From Octopus sinensis (lineage: Eukaryota), in contig NC_043007.1 of NCBI RefSeq assembly GCF_006345805.1, forward strand, positions 56,730,001-56,794,000: a stretch of DNA of 64,000 nt. Direction: 5' to 3'. Below the pieces are notes generated by a model. The model was given only the letters and a program-made list of their open reading frames with translations, ran no database searches and was not told the origin of the DNA. Numbering within the stretch: position 1 is the stretch's first letter; every line of letters begins with the position of its first letter. Positions 40,113 to 53,100 of the stretch are shown in pieces. The position numbers and the translations under genes were made by a program.

Positions 40113-41347
40113 ACATCAACTGGGCTCATTGTAAGATCCTCTTGTACTTTTATGGTATGTTCACCAATAATGTTTGTATCCAATTTGACTTATCTGTATT
40201 CTCAGTTTGTTCTTTTTCTCATAGCATCAGCTCCTTGTTAGATAGACTTTCTTTCTGCAACACTAACAACCCAATAACATCATTTCCTATGTTAGACAGT
40301 CTATTCCTTACAGAAATTAAACTTATTCGTCATTGATTTTCAATTATTGTAGCTAAAACTGGCCCTAAGTAGGTTTTTCGTGCTCACTGAAGTGACGTTC
40401 GTCATGAGGCCAAACATTAAGGCTCCAATTTAATCGACTCCTCTACTTGACTGGTAACCTATAGCATAGATTACAGAAAGATAAAAGGCAAAAGTTGTTA
40501 ACTAAATACCATATATTATAAAGTGGTCTGCTAGTTTCAAGATATCTAAATACTTACTATAACTATATTCTCTGCCACTTCCAGACTGCTATCCTGTCGA
40601 AAGAGATACAAAAATATGTAAACTACGAGTGAAGACCAAGAGAGAAGTTTAACACGGAGTACTAAGAGAGAAGACTAAGAGAGAAGTGGAGAATTTCAAC
40701 ACTTTAATGTCTTTTTAAAATTATCACCGAATGCTGTTTTCAATTAATTGTCAAGTTTGTTTCTTTTTATTTTTAACCTAGTGGAACCCACAATTCTATA
40801 TTACATAGACTTCAAATCATAGACTTCGAGAAATTACGGTGAGAAATAGTTGCGACCAATATTCAAATCTATATTACAACCTTCCGGCTTGTTTTGACTC
40901 ATCCGATAATACTCAGAACTGGCAGAGTAAATAAGAGAAATTATCACAAAATGTTATATAATTCATACTTAATGTTTCATAATTCGAACAGAAAAACATT
41001 TAGATTCCAATCAGAATGTTCACTTCTAAGGTAAACGCACTTGACTGGCGCCACCAGTCATTAAGTCATCAGCGAATTCTTCGTTTTGCCTTGAGGAGAT
41101 CTGCTTATTCTTGGCAGTAACCAATTCCTTTCTTTTGGCAACAATAACACTTAGAAGGTGTAGACTGAGTGGAGTGGGGGAAACTGTGGTGTACCAACCT
41201 GTACGTATGTCCTTCTATGTTTCAAGTTCAGATTTCAGCAGGGTTGATTATGCGTTTGATTTCACTGAATTCCAATACATAACAAGCAGGCAAGCACTGC
41301 AGTTAATTCAGTCGACCGTCCCAAACTAAAATCTAATAATAATAATA

Positions 41348-41398
<51 letters not shown>

Positions 41399-41400
<2 letters not shown>

Positions 41401-41919
41401 GCCCCGATGCAGTACCAGACAGTGGCTCTCATGGCTTCTGATCTTAACTGATTGGAAGTGTTATCATGTACATTATTTTGTCTTGGTATAAAAGATGGGC
41501 TACAGCAAATATTCTGCTCAATACCACAGATTTGCTTGTCAGTTGGTTGACCTTAACCAGTTGAGCATGTCCCTTAGTGGCTGACGTTATGTGCATCTCT
41601 GATCATGAGTAGAAGTAGTGGGGGGAGCATCATAGCTGTGTGTTGAAAGGAATTCTTAGAGGTTTGGATAATTCACCTTTTGAAACATGGGTGATTCGTT
41701 CAACATCGTTGAACAATCCTTATTTTGGGCGGGATGGCTCGAAAATTCTAACTGCAATTCTAACTGTTTATCTTGATATGAGATCACTATGTCATGCACA
41801 TATGGTTGTGATGCATGTGCCTGGTGTACCCTTATCAGACGGGTAGTCATGGTGGGTATACTGTGTTTCGTATATTTTATCCCAGTGTCACTTTGATGGC
41901 ATGTACTGCTCTCTCATTC
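41399..41919 (+). mobile_element. ~520-bp non-coding interspersed element inserted in (AAT)n
   Basis: Starts ATGCCCCGATGCAGTACCAG and ends CTGCTCTCTCATTC. Reverse-complement copies with the same two ends at 52364-52766 and 53386-53940. Confidence 0.85.
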
Positions 41920-41923
41920 AATG

Positions 41924-41990
<67 letters not shown>

Positions 41991-41991
<1 letters not shown>

Positions 41992-43803
41992 CTGCTCAAT
42001 GACGCGCAGTACGGATATAAAATGTTTGATAAAAATATAAATCATCTCATTTACATGGATGATTTAAAGCTTTTTGAAAAAAATGACCAACAACTCAAGG
42101 GCTTACTAGCGATTGTCAAACAATTCAGTGACGACATCAGAATGCAATTTGGCCTCGATAAATGTGCAAAAGCTACCTTTATCAAAGGAAAAATGACAGA
42201 AACATCTAACGTTAACCTTCACCAGCAGAATGCCATAAAAGAATTAGACCCAGCGGAGAGCTACAAGTACCTAGGGGTAATTGAAGGGGACGGAATAAGG
42301 CATTCAGAGATGAAGGAAAGGATCAGGAGAGAATGTTATCGAAGAGTGAGAGCAATACTCAAGTCAGAGCTGAATGCAAGAAACAGGATCGAAGCGATCA
42401 ATGCATTAGCCATACCAGTCGTGACTTACAGTTTCAATATCGTTAACTGGTCAATTACTGAAATATGTCAGCTTGACAGAAAAATACGAAAACTGTTGAC
42501 AATGCATAGAATGCACCACCCTAAGGCAGATACCGAACGACTTTATCTGCCAAGAAAATAGGGAGGCCGTGGTCTTTTACAACTGGCAATAACAATGAAG
42601 ATTGCTACAATTGGCCTAGACACCTACCTGAAAAAGTCTGAGGACTGAATGTTAAAACTTGTCTCAAAACATGAAAAAAAGAAAGCATCATACTCAGTAA
42701 CAAAACAGGCAAAGGAATATCTAAGTGAATTCCGAATACAACAAATTTCGGAATTAGAGATAGACATACAAGAAACAAGCACAGAAAAAGCTAAGCGCAT
42801 GACAATCCGTGCTAAAACTGCGGCCTTAGATATTCTGAATGATAAATGGCAAGAAAAACCTCTCTAAGGCAAATACCCAAAGAGAGCGAATAATGCAGAT
42901 ATTGGCAAAGCCCTGACCCATCAATGGCTAATGGCCTCTGGCTTAAAATCTGAAACAGAAGGGTTTATCATAGCAGCTCAAGATCAATGCCTACCAACAA
43001 GAAACTACCAGGCCAACATATTAAAGAACGGCAGTAGCCCAACATGTCGTGTATGTCGACAACAAAATGAAACCATTGATCATGTTGTCTCCAAGTGCAG
43101 TCTTCTAGCGCCTACAGAGTATCTCAACAAGCATGATGGAGCTGCACAATATATTCACTGGGTAATTTGCAAAAACCTGGATTTGCCACATGAAAGAAAC
43201 TGGTGGGAACACAAACTACCTCCAGTGCTTGAAAAGGACCTCATCTCACTCCTCTGGAACTTCACCATTCAAACTGACAGAAAGATAGATGCAAATAGGC
43301 CAGACATAATATTGAAAGACTTCAGACAAAGAACAAGCCACCTCATTGATATGACTGTCCTAATCGACATAAACGTATCTGTCAAGACCTACCAGAAACT
43401 GAGCAAATATAAAGATCTTGAAATAGAAATCAGCAAAATGTGGAACCTGAAGACTAAAACAATACCTGCTGTCATAGGTGCCCTGGAAATGATAGCGAAA
43501 GGGGCTGATTGCTACCTAACTCAGATACCAGGAAACCCCAAAATGGCAGAAATTCAAAAGATAGTGCCCATGGGAACTGCTCATGTCCTACGCAAAATAC
43601 TTTCTATGTCATCTCAAGGTTTAAAACAAACAATTTTTTAAAAATTTATTTATTAGGCATTCACTAGTACAACACCCAAAAAGACCCGAATATATGGCAC
43701 ACTAGGCATAACAACAACGTGAACTTCCAACCTGTTGTCTCTTGAAGTCTCTGGGTGAGACTTGGAGCCAACTTGTACAAACATAAAGCAAAAGTCAAAC
43801 ATA

Positions 43804-43804
<1 letters not shown>
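41991..43804 (+). mobile_element. 5'-truncated R4/Dong-type retrotransposon (RT C-terminus, zinc knuckle, RLE endonuclease, 3' UTR) in (AAT)n
   Basis: One reading frame of ~550 codons broken only by three stops. Motifs YMDDLKLF, FGLDKCA, PRK*GGRGL, CRVC-X7-H-X4-C, RPDIILKD, KYKDL and GTAHVLRK. Flanked on both sides by (AAT)n. Confidence 0.93.
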
Positions 43805-43887
<83 letters not shown>

Positions 43888-44260
43888 CAACAACAACAAC
43901 AATAATAACAAGTAAGTTTACAGCGACGTGTCCAAATATTGAATCTAATTCACTCTAATGATGCTGCTAATGCTGCACCCTTATTACACCAGAAGTAAAT
44001 TGCACTCCAAATCTATCACAAAAGTCTTGAATATATCTGCTTCGTGTTTCGTAACTAGAATTAGTTATTTAGATAATGGGTATTTTCATCACTGAAGACG
44101 TACTTTAACTAAACTTTTTTTCGCTCCTTCATTAAGTACCCTAGTGCCTATCTGAACCAAGAGATATTTCAGAAACAACCACCATCTTCTATTATTCACA
44201 ATATAAATATATATTAAACTATGGTTGCAGAACAAACAAATATAAGGTCATCCACGTAAC

Positions 44261-44298
<38 letters not shown>

Positions 44299-44429
44299 CG
44301 ACGATTATAAAATACAGTATTATAGATTCATTTCATCCGATTTAACCAATCGCTTTCACACACGAGAGTGTGGAAAAACCAATACTAACACTCGTTAGAA
44401 CTGCTGGAAGGAAGAGTATGATGATGGCT

Positions 44430-45310
44430 GTTTACCATGGGGGGTTAGGAAATGTCAGATCCAGTTTGTAGGTTTTGTGAAAAAAATTAAAGGATAAATG
44501 CTCAGAGGGAAATTTCTTCTAGAAAGGATCGGAGTGCCTTCACGATATAAGGGTAAATACCTACAGAGTGGGGTTGGGGCTGGGGTAAGAGCGAGATGGA
44601 GTTGATCTGTGTGCAAGGTGGGGTGGAAAGTTGGTATACAATCTGCACATATCTAAATACGTGTTTCTCATGATGATGGTAGGATCGGAAAAATTCACTT
44701 TTAGGATTTAGGTAGGTATCCGATGGAAGAGTGTTCTATTGTATAAGTCTCCGTCAAGCAAAGCCTGCAAGTCTTATTGCTATTGAAGTATGGCTTGCAC
44801 CTCTCTAGCACTCTCCACTTGATGTTGTCACCCTTGCCACTTTCTGTCAACGACCATATATACCTAGTTAAAAGCATTTAGCTTCTCCTGGATATTAAAG
44901 AAGGTCCTGAAAGACGCTTCTGTCGGCGTCCTCATATTTCCACATGCCTATCTATTTGCTGAGATCTTTTGACAGATGATACAGCAAGAAATCATAATCG
45001 ATCTGGTCATATGTATGAAATAGAAACCCTTTTTCTCGACACCACCCGCGGAGTCGAGCACTTCTGTCTTAGGAATTTCCCCCATCGGATCAAGGCACTA
45101 GAATCCTTTCACAACTACCTCTTGCTAAGGGGACACAATACTAACAACACCGGGTTCTTGGACATATACATATACACACGCACATACATATACATACACA
45201 CAGATATACACACGCACTCATTTGTACTTACTGTAAGCCACTGGTATTGTTGAATCCGAGGTTGCAGTAGAAATGGCCTTCCCCTGGGTAATTCAGAGCA
45301 CAAACACTCG
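44430..45310 (-). pseudogene. Possible very decayed PLE reverse transcriptase fragment
   Basis: Minus-strand LDMCRLYTNFP resembles MDVxSLYTNIP, and PGEGHFYCNLGF resembles PGxFYxLPKIHK. Weak, by-eye similarity. A similar trace is at about 4100-4480. Confidence 0.4.
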
Positions 45311-45385
45311 AAAACACAGGGCTACGTTTTACCCTGTGTGTATGTCTACATATGTATGTGTGTGTGCGTGTGTGTGTGTGTGTGT

Positions 45386-45430
<45 letters not shown>

Positions 45431-46007
45431 TGTGTGTGCGTGCGTGCGTAAGTGAGTTTGTGTGTTTAAACGCTTTTAGAATATTGCGGGATTGAGAATA
45501 TGTAGATTTCGTTATACCTGTCAGTATTTGTTTATATTTTTGGTTTTGAAGTGTAAGCCTGTTGCCTTTGACAAATGAAGTAAGTGATACTTGATGAAAG
45601 ACGAAAATGAGGTATGCTATACTGAATGATGGACGAAACAAGCTAGTTCGATCAACGCTCCAGCCCTCGAAGCTTCTGCAACTTATCCGCAATGTTTATT
45701 TTCACAGCATAACTAAATTTATGGCAGTTAAACATATTGCATATGACTTCTCTATGCATAATTACATAATCACACACACACACACATATATATACATACG
45801 TATGTATGTATGTATGTATGTATGTATGTTTTTCTAATTCATAATACTAAATTTTAACCATTGATATTTTAAAAATATTGTTGAAACATTGGTATATATG
45901 TAAATAAATTTATTTTAAACAATAATAAGTTTTTCAAATTTAGGTGCATTTTCAACAACTTTGCCTATATTTATTCCTGCAATGAAATACACTCCCATAT
46001 TTAGTTT

Positions 46008-46094
<87 letters not shown>

Positions 46095-46139
46095 GCGTGT
46101 GTATGTATATATATATATATATGTATGTATGTATGTAAA

Positions 46140-46520
46140 GGCGCAGTGTGGTTGTGTGGTAAGAAGCTTGCTTACCAATTACAAGGTTCTGGGCTCAGTC
46201 TCAATTTGTGGCATCTACTGCAAGTGTCTTCTACTACAGCCTCGGGCCGACCAAAGCCTTGTAAGTGGATTTGGTAGACGGAAACTGAAAGAGGCCTGTT
46301 GTATATATGTATTTATGTGTATGTGTCATTGTGTCTGTGTTTGTCCCCCACCATCTCTCGATAACCGATGTTGGTGTGTTTATGTCCCCGTATCCAGCGG
46401 TTGGGAAAAAAGAGACCGATAGAATAAGTACTAGGCTTGCAAAGAATAAGTCCCGGGGTCGATTTCTCCGACTGAAACCGTTTGAGGTGTTACTCCAGCA
46501 TGGCCACAGTCAAATGGCTG
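46140..46520 (+). mobile_element. SINE family A copy
   Basis: Full head, CORE-like segment and tail alignable by eye to 3319-3720. Confidence 0.85.
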
Positions 46521-46609
46521 AAACGCGTAAAAGAGTACTAGAGTATATATGTGTGTGTGTGTGTCTATATGTACATATATATATATATATATATATAATT
46601 CTTTTTTCA

Positions 46610-46834
46610 TTAATTCTTTTGTTTTAAACATCTGACTGCGGCCATACTGTAGCACCGCCTTTAGTCGAACAAATTGCCCCCAAGACTTATTCTTTGTAAG
46701 CCTAGTACTTATTCTATTCTTCTCTTTTGCCGAACCGATAAGTTACGGGGGCGTAAACACACCAGCATCGGTTGTCAAGCGATGGCGGTGGGAAAAGACA
46801 GACACACAAACATATACATATATAAACATATATA

Positions 46835-46884
<50 letters not shown>

Positions 46885-47093
46885 TGCATATGTTTGTGTC
46901 TGTTTCCCAACCACCATATATATATATATACAACAGCCTTCTTTCAGTTTCCGTCTACCAAATCCACTCACAAGGCTTTGGTCGGCCCGTGGCTATAGGA
47001 GAAGATACCTGCCCAAGGTCCCACATAGTGGGACTAAACCTAGAAACATGTGGTTGGTAAGCAAGCTTCTTACCACACATCCACTCCTGCGCC
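46610..47093 (-). mobile_element. SINE family A copy, inverted relative to 46140-46520
   Basis: Reverse complement of head (CCACACATCCACTCCTGCGCC ending at 47093) and of tail. Confidence 0.85.
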
Positions 47094-47131
47094 TATGTAT
47101 ATATGTGTGTATGTGTGTGTGTGTGTGTGTG

Positions 47132-47196
<65 letters not shown>

Positions 47197-47569
47197 TGTG
47201 TGTGTGTGTGTGTGTGTGTGCTTGTTTTCACTGTACTGCTTTTGTTACCAACTTTGTCCCTCCGCAAATCCCAAATGTTATTTTGCATTGCGGGAGCAAA
47301 TGTTTCCTCGAAGACACATCTTGTCGTAATTGCACGAAATGCTGAGTAGATAAACAGCCGACAACTCATGAAGGGACGTTCTGTATGTTACTTGTCTTGT
47401 TTTCCACTTGTTTCCTTCGCTGTTCGCAAAAAATTCGTATTCCAGGTTTTCGTATTTCGTATTTCATGTTGTTTACAGGTTATGACGTCCTGTACCCATA
47501 TATGCATAGTATATACATATATATGTAAGTTTGTACATATATGTATGTATATATGCATGTATTTTTTTA

Positions 47570-47779
47570 TTCTTTCATTGTTTCAGTCATTTGACTGCAG
47601 CCATGATGGAGCACCGCCTTGGAGTGTTTGTGTCGAATAAGTTGAACCCAGAAATTATTTTAAAGCATAGTACATATTCTATCGGTCTCTTTGTTGAAGC
47701 GCTAAGTTGCTGGGGCACACTAAACGCGGACCCATGTGTTTGGGAAGCAAGCTTCTTACCACACAGCCACGCCTGCGCC
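47570..47779 (-). mobile_element. SINE family A copy, internally deleted
   Basis: Reverse-complement head ending at 47779 joined to the tail segment. Confidence 0.75.
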
Positions 47780-49387
47780 TATATACACACACACACACAC
47801 ATATATATATATATTATATATATATATGTGTTTATATTTATATAAAATATATACTTATATATATAATTGGGAAAAATATATATATGCATATAAATACACA
47901 CACACATATATACACGTATATACATATATTTTATGTATATATATACACATGTGTGTGTGTCTATACACACACACACACACACGCACACACATATTACATT
48001 TATACATACGTGCGTGTTTTGATGTGTGCATGTGTGTCTGTGTTTAAGTATGCTAATGTGTGTGCGCGTGTATGCGTGTGTGTTCGTGTGTGTGCGTGTG
48101 CATGTGTGTATGCGCGCGCGCGCGTGTTTGTGTGTTTGCAGACATATGTACAAGAAGTTTTTAAGTGTTATGCTCGGTTTGCACACTTCTTCGGATTAAT
48201 AGTTTATTCGGAATTTAAGCGTAGCTTAATATCTGTAAAAACAGGCTGGTGTGAAGCTAGCCGACACTGCGGCGTCAGAGTATGTTTTAATGCCTGTTAA
48301 GAGAACTCATCAAAACCTTTTTTTTTTCATCCTGTAAGCAAATAATAATAATAATTTATAATGGCAACTATTTACATATGAGATTCGGGTAGACAGCTTA
48401 AATGATGAAAGTTGAGGTTAATCATCTCCCACATAACAACATTTTATGCGATAAATACCAGTTTAAACGATGCATTAATATAACATCTAATTGATGGTAC
48501 TACAGTGTTTATTTATTTATACTTGTTGATGGTGGGGAAGCCTCATTGCTCAGAAACCCACACAGATACAGACATACGCGCGCACACACACTGCTTTCTG
48601 CATTGATGTAGGTCTCCTTCGATCAAGAAGATCTTGATTTTTGGAAATCGGTTCTTGTTGATCTTGATTTCATTCGGATTTGTGTTTTTATATATCTATA
48701 GTAGATATTACGTAAGATTTATTTAATAGAAATTTATGAATAATTTAGAGGACAAACAATGTACAGAATATGTTTCCTAAGTAAATAACTGTCGGCTAAG
48801 TAAAAATAATTATTATATCTGACTTTCAGAGGGAGATATGGTTTTAGTGAGCAGTACTTACCTCCGGTTTTATGGTGGTTAAATGGGTAGGAGATAAATC
48901 CGCACCTGCTGGCTGAGATGCTGATGTTCTTCAGGTGATAACATTCACAGAAAATAAGGTACCTATTCCGGACAGGTAGATAAAGTGAAGCTACATAGAA
49001 TTAAAACGTGCTGTTCAGATATCTAAGAAAAGAACTATAGTAAATTAGGTATACACAATTTAATTTAAATCCTGCATACGATTTTTCTACAAATTATTTA
49101 TGGGACCTTCAATATGTATATTTGATTATTTGTACTCTATCTTGTAGTAACCGTTTAAAAAGGCAAGCAGTAACATGGATATTTTGCGTAATGTTATGGA
49201 TATAAGTGTTTAAAATGATTTGCTCATTGCATCACTGACTTAGCACAGCTGGACAAAATAACAATAAGTTCATCACCAGTTAACGATAACACAAAATTAT
49301 TTTGTTCTTGTTGTTGCCTCCAACTCTACTGCAAATTCTATAATAATATTAACAATGACAACAATAATAATAATGTTTTCACAAGGG

Positions 49388-49725
49388 CAGCCATTTGGGG
49401 AGAGGGGATAAGTCTATCACATGGACCCCAGTGGTGCATCGATACTCAATTTATCGACCGCGAAATGATGAAAGGCAAAGTCGACCTCGGCAGAATTTGA
49501 ACTCAGAACATAAAGACAGACGAAATACCGCTAAGCATTTCGCCAGGTGTTCTAGCTATTCTGCCAATTTGCCACCTTAAATAATAATAGTAATAATCAT
49601 GGTTTTAAATTTTCGCACAGTGCCAACAGTATTTTGAGGGGAAGGGTAAGTCGAATACATCCAGTTCTTGATGTGGTACTTATTTTATCGACCCCGAGAG
49701 AACGAACGGCAAAGTTGACCTCACT
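49388..49725 (-). mobile_element. Two adjacent SINE family B copies
   Basis: GGCAAAGTCGACCTCGGCAGAATTTGAACTCAGAAC and a second partial core at about 49600-49725. Confidence 0.75.
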
Positions 49726-51423
49726 GAGATGATGATCATGATAACGATGATTATGACGAGGACGATGACGATGATGATGACGACGACGACGACAACAACG
49801 ATGACGACAACAACGACGACGATGAGGATGATTTCTGACAATTCTACATTAGAGGCTTTTATTTTTGTTGGAAATTTGACTGCTATATCATGTCATCGAT
49901 CCGGGTGGAAATAAGAATAAAAGATAACCTCATCTAAACACACACAATAGAAAAAGAACATTAAATGTGCTGGTGATGTAAACCATTTGGGCTTATATAG
50001 TCGCATCTCAGTCTTACTTATCCGGATTGTTATTTTATTTTCATGCCATAAACGATGTGCTTAGGCTCCTCTAATAGACTCCCATTCTAAAATACTCTCT
50101 AAGTTGATTGATTAATTCACACATTTGTGGTCTGTGTAGTATTCTAGCCAACATTCTAGACATTCTGCTTTCTTCCTTTTACGTAGTACGACCGGGATGA
50201 GCTACTCTAATTTGTCCAAGACCGCACATATATTCGAGATAGCATTTCGATATTTGCCAAATAATTGCCGGTTTCAATAAATTTATGAAAGCCGTTTCAT
50301 TCTGCAGCTCTCATACAATTTCAGAGTGTATGTATTATAACATTGCAAATCCTTCACTGATATCTATCTGTCATTCTATCTATCTAGCTAGCTAGCTATT
50401 TTATGTACGTATGTATGCATGCATGTGTCTATATATACACACAAATACATATATGTTGTTGTGTGTGTGTATGTGTATATATATATATATATATATAATA
50501 TATTAATAAATAAAATAAAACATATGCATATATATAAACATATATGTACGTACCTACCTCTACATGTACATATACACGCATATATGAGTACAGGACACCA
50601 AAAGGACGTCGAACACAATGAGAAACGAAAACATAGACACAAACCAAAGGAACTGGACATTTATTTAAAAACAGCAAAAAATAGAATACAGGACAATTAA
50701 CACAAAGAAAAAGCCCCTTCTTCAGTCGCTAAAGCTTTCATCTACTCTACGTTTCGAAGAGATCTCTGCGAAAAGATCTCAGAATTTTAATTGATTTGCT
50801 TTTCGCAGGAAGGAAAGTTTTCTCGTCGAAGATACGTCTCGCTTTTATATATATAAGGCATCCACCATGTGTTTGAACAGCAGAAGAGATATCGTTTTCA
50901 GCAAGAGATTGAATAAAATTTGCAGCGCACTGTAGATCTGTTGTTCTGCTGATATGAATGAATACTACAGCAAAGGTCTGTGACAAAGAAAACATCAATA
51001 TTCACATGTTATAAAACTCCGATAAAATCTTAATTTAACTGGTATTTAGTGACGTTGATGCATTGTTGTTGTTGTTGTTGTTGTTGAGGCCAGGGTCAGC
51101 ATATCATAATTATTTAAAATAATTTTTATAATTGGTTAGCTACATTTTTTTCAACCAGACCAGTCATTAGTTTACTGCATTTTTCTTGATAGCATGATCA
51201 AGTAATGTTTCGAACACTTGAACGTTTACCGACGATTCTGACGGAAGATGCATCATCATCATCATCATGACTATGATGCTCCTCCAACACATGACTATAA
51301 TGCTGCCCCACTACCTCTGCTCGTGATCAGAGATTCACATATCGTCAGCCATCAAGGGACATGCTCAACTGGTTATGGTCAAACAACTGACAAGCAAATC
51401 TGTGGTACTGAGCAGAATATTTG

Positions 51424-51870
51424 TTAGGACAGATACATTCCCCTTTGGTAGAGCTTTCATTGACTTCTTCAAGTTTCCCTTGAAAAGGAAATTGAAAATG
51501 GAGAGGGAAGTGATGTTCTCGAGTCAGTTTATTGAAATTGGGTAAAAGTTGCGAAAATGGCAAGAGCGGATGGTACCTCCCTAAGTGTAGATCTGTGAGT
51601 CGGAGAAAAGGAATTGGAGAGGGCACTTGCTCCTAGGGTTTCAGGGAAATCTTGGACAGTAGGATTCTTCGATTATCCCTAGAGACCTTCCTGCATCAGG
51701 AGGGTCACTTCTCTCTTTTTAAACCTTTGTATGCTATGCATACGTCCTTTCTTTTTCAGTGTATACCGCGTATACTTCCTTTTTTTATCATTTCATTACA
51801 TGTAAACCCCTACACGTTATGTCTGTCTTTGTATTGTCACACTCATCTTTCGCCCTCGTGGCAAATCAAT
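51424..51870 (+). mobile_element. Probable 3' end of a Tx1/L1-type LINE inserted into a copy of the ~520-bp element
   Basis: KRKLKMEREVMFSSQFIEIG/VKVAKMARADG-like C-terminus followed by a pyrimidine-rich UTR. It interrupts the host repeat after GCAGAATATTTG. Confidence 0.5.
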
Positions 51871-51924
51871 GAAATTATTATTATTATCATTATTATTATT
51901 ATTATTGTTATTATCATTATCATT

Positions 51925-52007
<83 letters not shown>

Positions 52008-52009
52008 CA

Positions 52010-52077
<68 letters not shown>

Positions 52078-52337
52078 GCCTTTGCACAGCTTCTAACGCT
52101 GGAGATGTACTACGGTGTCAGCTGTTCACTACCAGTTTGTTTCCTTTCTCAATCAACAGTATGTCTGGCTTCCTATTCTCTATCTCATGGTCGCACTGAA
52201 TCATATAAACAATCTTTGCATTATAATTTTCAGTGATGCCTTCGGGTTTATATTCGTACCACATTTTGCTCTGTCAAGTCCATACTTGTTGCAAAGTGTC
52301 CAATGGACAATCCTTGCTACATTGCCATGACGTCTCG
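52078..52337 (-). mobile_element. Third R4/Dong-type subfamily fragment (RLE region plus short 3' end) abutting (AAT)n
   Basis: Minus strand reads RRHGNVARIVHWTLCNKYGLDRAK..YEYKPEG...IQCDHEIEN/KPDILLIEK, then a 3' tail ending GCTGTGCAAAGGC-(AAT)n. Confidence 0.8.
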
Positions 52338-52363
52338 TATATTATTTCTATATTATTATTATT

Positions 52364-52764
52364 GAGTGAGAGATCAGTGCATGCTATCAAAGTGACATTG
52401 AAGTAAAATATACGAAGCCCAGTATACCCATCATGACTACTCGTCTGATAATGTTTCGAACACTTGAACGTTTACCGAGGATACTGACGGAAGACGCATC
52501 ATCATCATCATCATCATGACTATGATGCTACTCCAGCACATGACTATAATTCCCCCCACTACTTCTGCTCGTGATCAGAGATGCACACATTGTCAGCCAC
52601 TAAGGGGCATGGTCAAACAACTGACAAGCAAATCTGTGGTATTGAGCAGAATATTTGCTTTTATACCCATCTTTTGTATCAAGACAAAACTATGTACATG
52701 ATAACACTTCCAATCAGTTAAGATCAGAAGCCATGAGAGCCACTGCCTGGTACTGCATCGGGGC

Positions 52765-52766
<2 letters not shown>
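52364..52766 (-). mobile_element. Internally rearranged copy of the ~520-bp (AAT)n-associated element
   Basis: Both termini match 53386-53940. About 250 bp of the interior is replaced by a ~70-bp segment that is also present at 51203. Confidence 0.82.
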
Positions 52767-52833
<67 letters not shown>

Positions 52834-52851
52834 CATTATTATCATAGTGAG

Positions 52852-53100
52852 GGCGCATAGCTTAGTGGTTAAGGCGTTGCACTCACCATCGCTAGACCTT
52901 GGTTTAAATTCCTATACCTGCTGGTGCATTGTGTTCTTGAGCAAAACACTTCATTTCGCGTTGCTCTGTGATCACTCCGATAGCTGACGCATGGTGTACA
53001 GTGCACCTTTTGAAACAACGTTGATTTGATGGAGAGAGTGAGCTAATGTGAGGCACAAACATTTGTATGCAGGTCGTTCGGCATAAGCTGAACGCTCATA
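52852..53100 (+). mobile_element. tRNA-derived SINE, a distinct family
   Basis: GGCGCATAGCTTAGTGGTTAAGG (box A) and GGTTTAAATTCC (box B-like), followed by TGTGTTCTTGAGCAAAACACTT. No tRNA acceptor stem closure, so not a tRNA gene. Confidence 0.7.

Noticed and set aside
41046-41060. GGCGCC Smad1/5-type site as a BMP feedback element for gremlin
   Set aside because: A single hexamer without a correctly spaced GTCT, 30 kb from the gene.
41570-41645. CTGACG(A/T)..GAAG hammerhead-like or HDV-like motif inside the ~520-bp element
   Set aside because: It lacks A15.1 and a valid NUH triplet, and no HDV-like P3/L3 loop was found by eye.
41815-42561. 248-aa ORF with a poly-Asn tract fused to RT
   Set aside because: Chance in-frame read-through from the non-coding element across (AAT)n into the 5'-truncated Dong RT.
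48855-48865. TACTTACCT resembling the U1 snRNA 5' end
   Set aside because: Only nine bases match and the rest of U1 is absent.
48862-49022. Minus-strand exon-like segment (acceptor plus AG/GTAAGT), and a similar one at 57906-57959
   Set aside because: All frames contain stops, and about two such donor matches are expected by chance in this much AT-rich DNA. It would need RNA evidence.
50700-50800. Hammerhead-like words on the minus strand (GAAAC..GTA and CTGAAGA)
   Set aside because: Stems I and III do not form in either type I or type II topology. At best a degenerate remnant.
52852-52925. Possible tRNA gene
   Set aside because: It has box A and box B but no closing acceptor stem or T-run terminator, and it continues into SINE body sequence.
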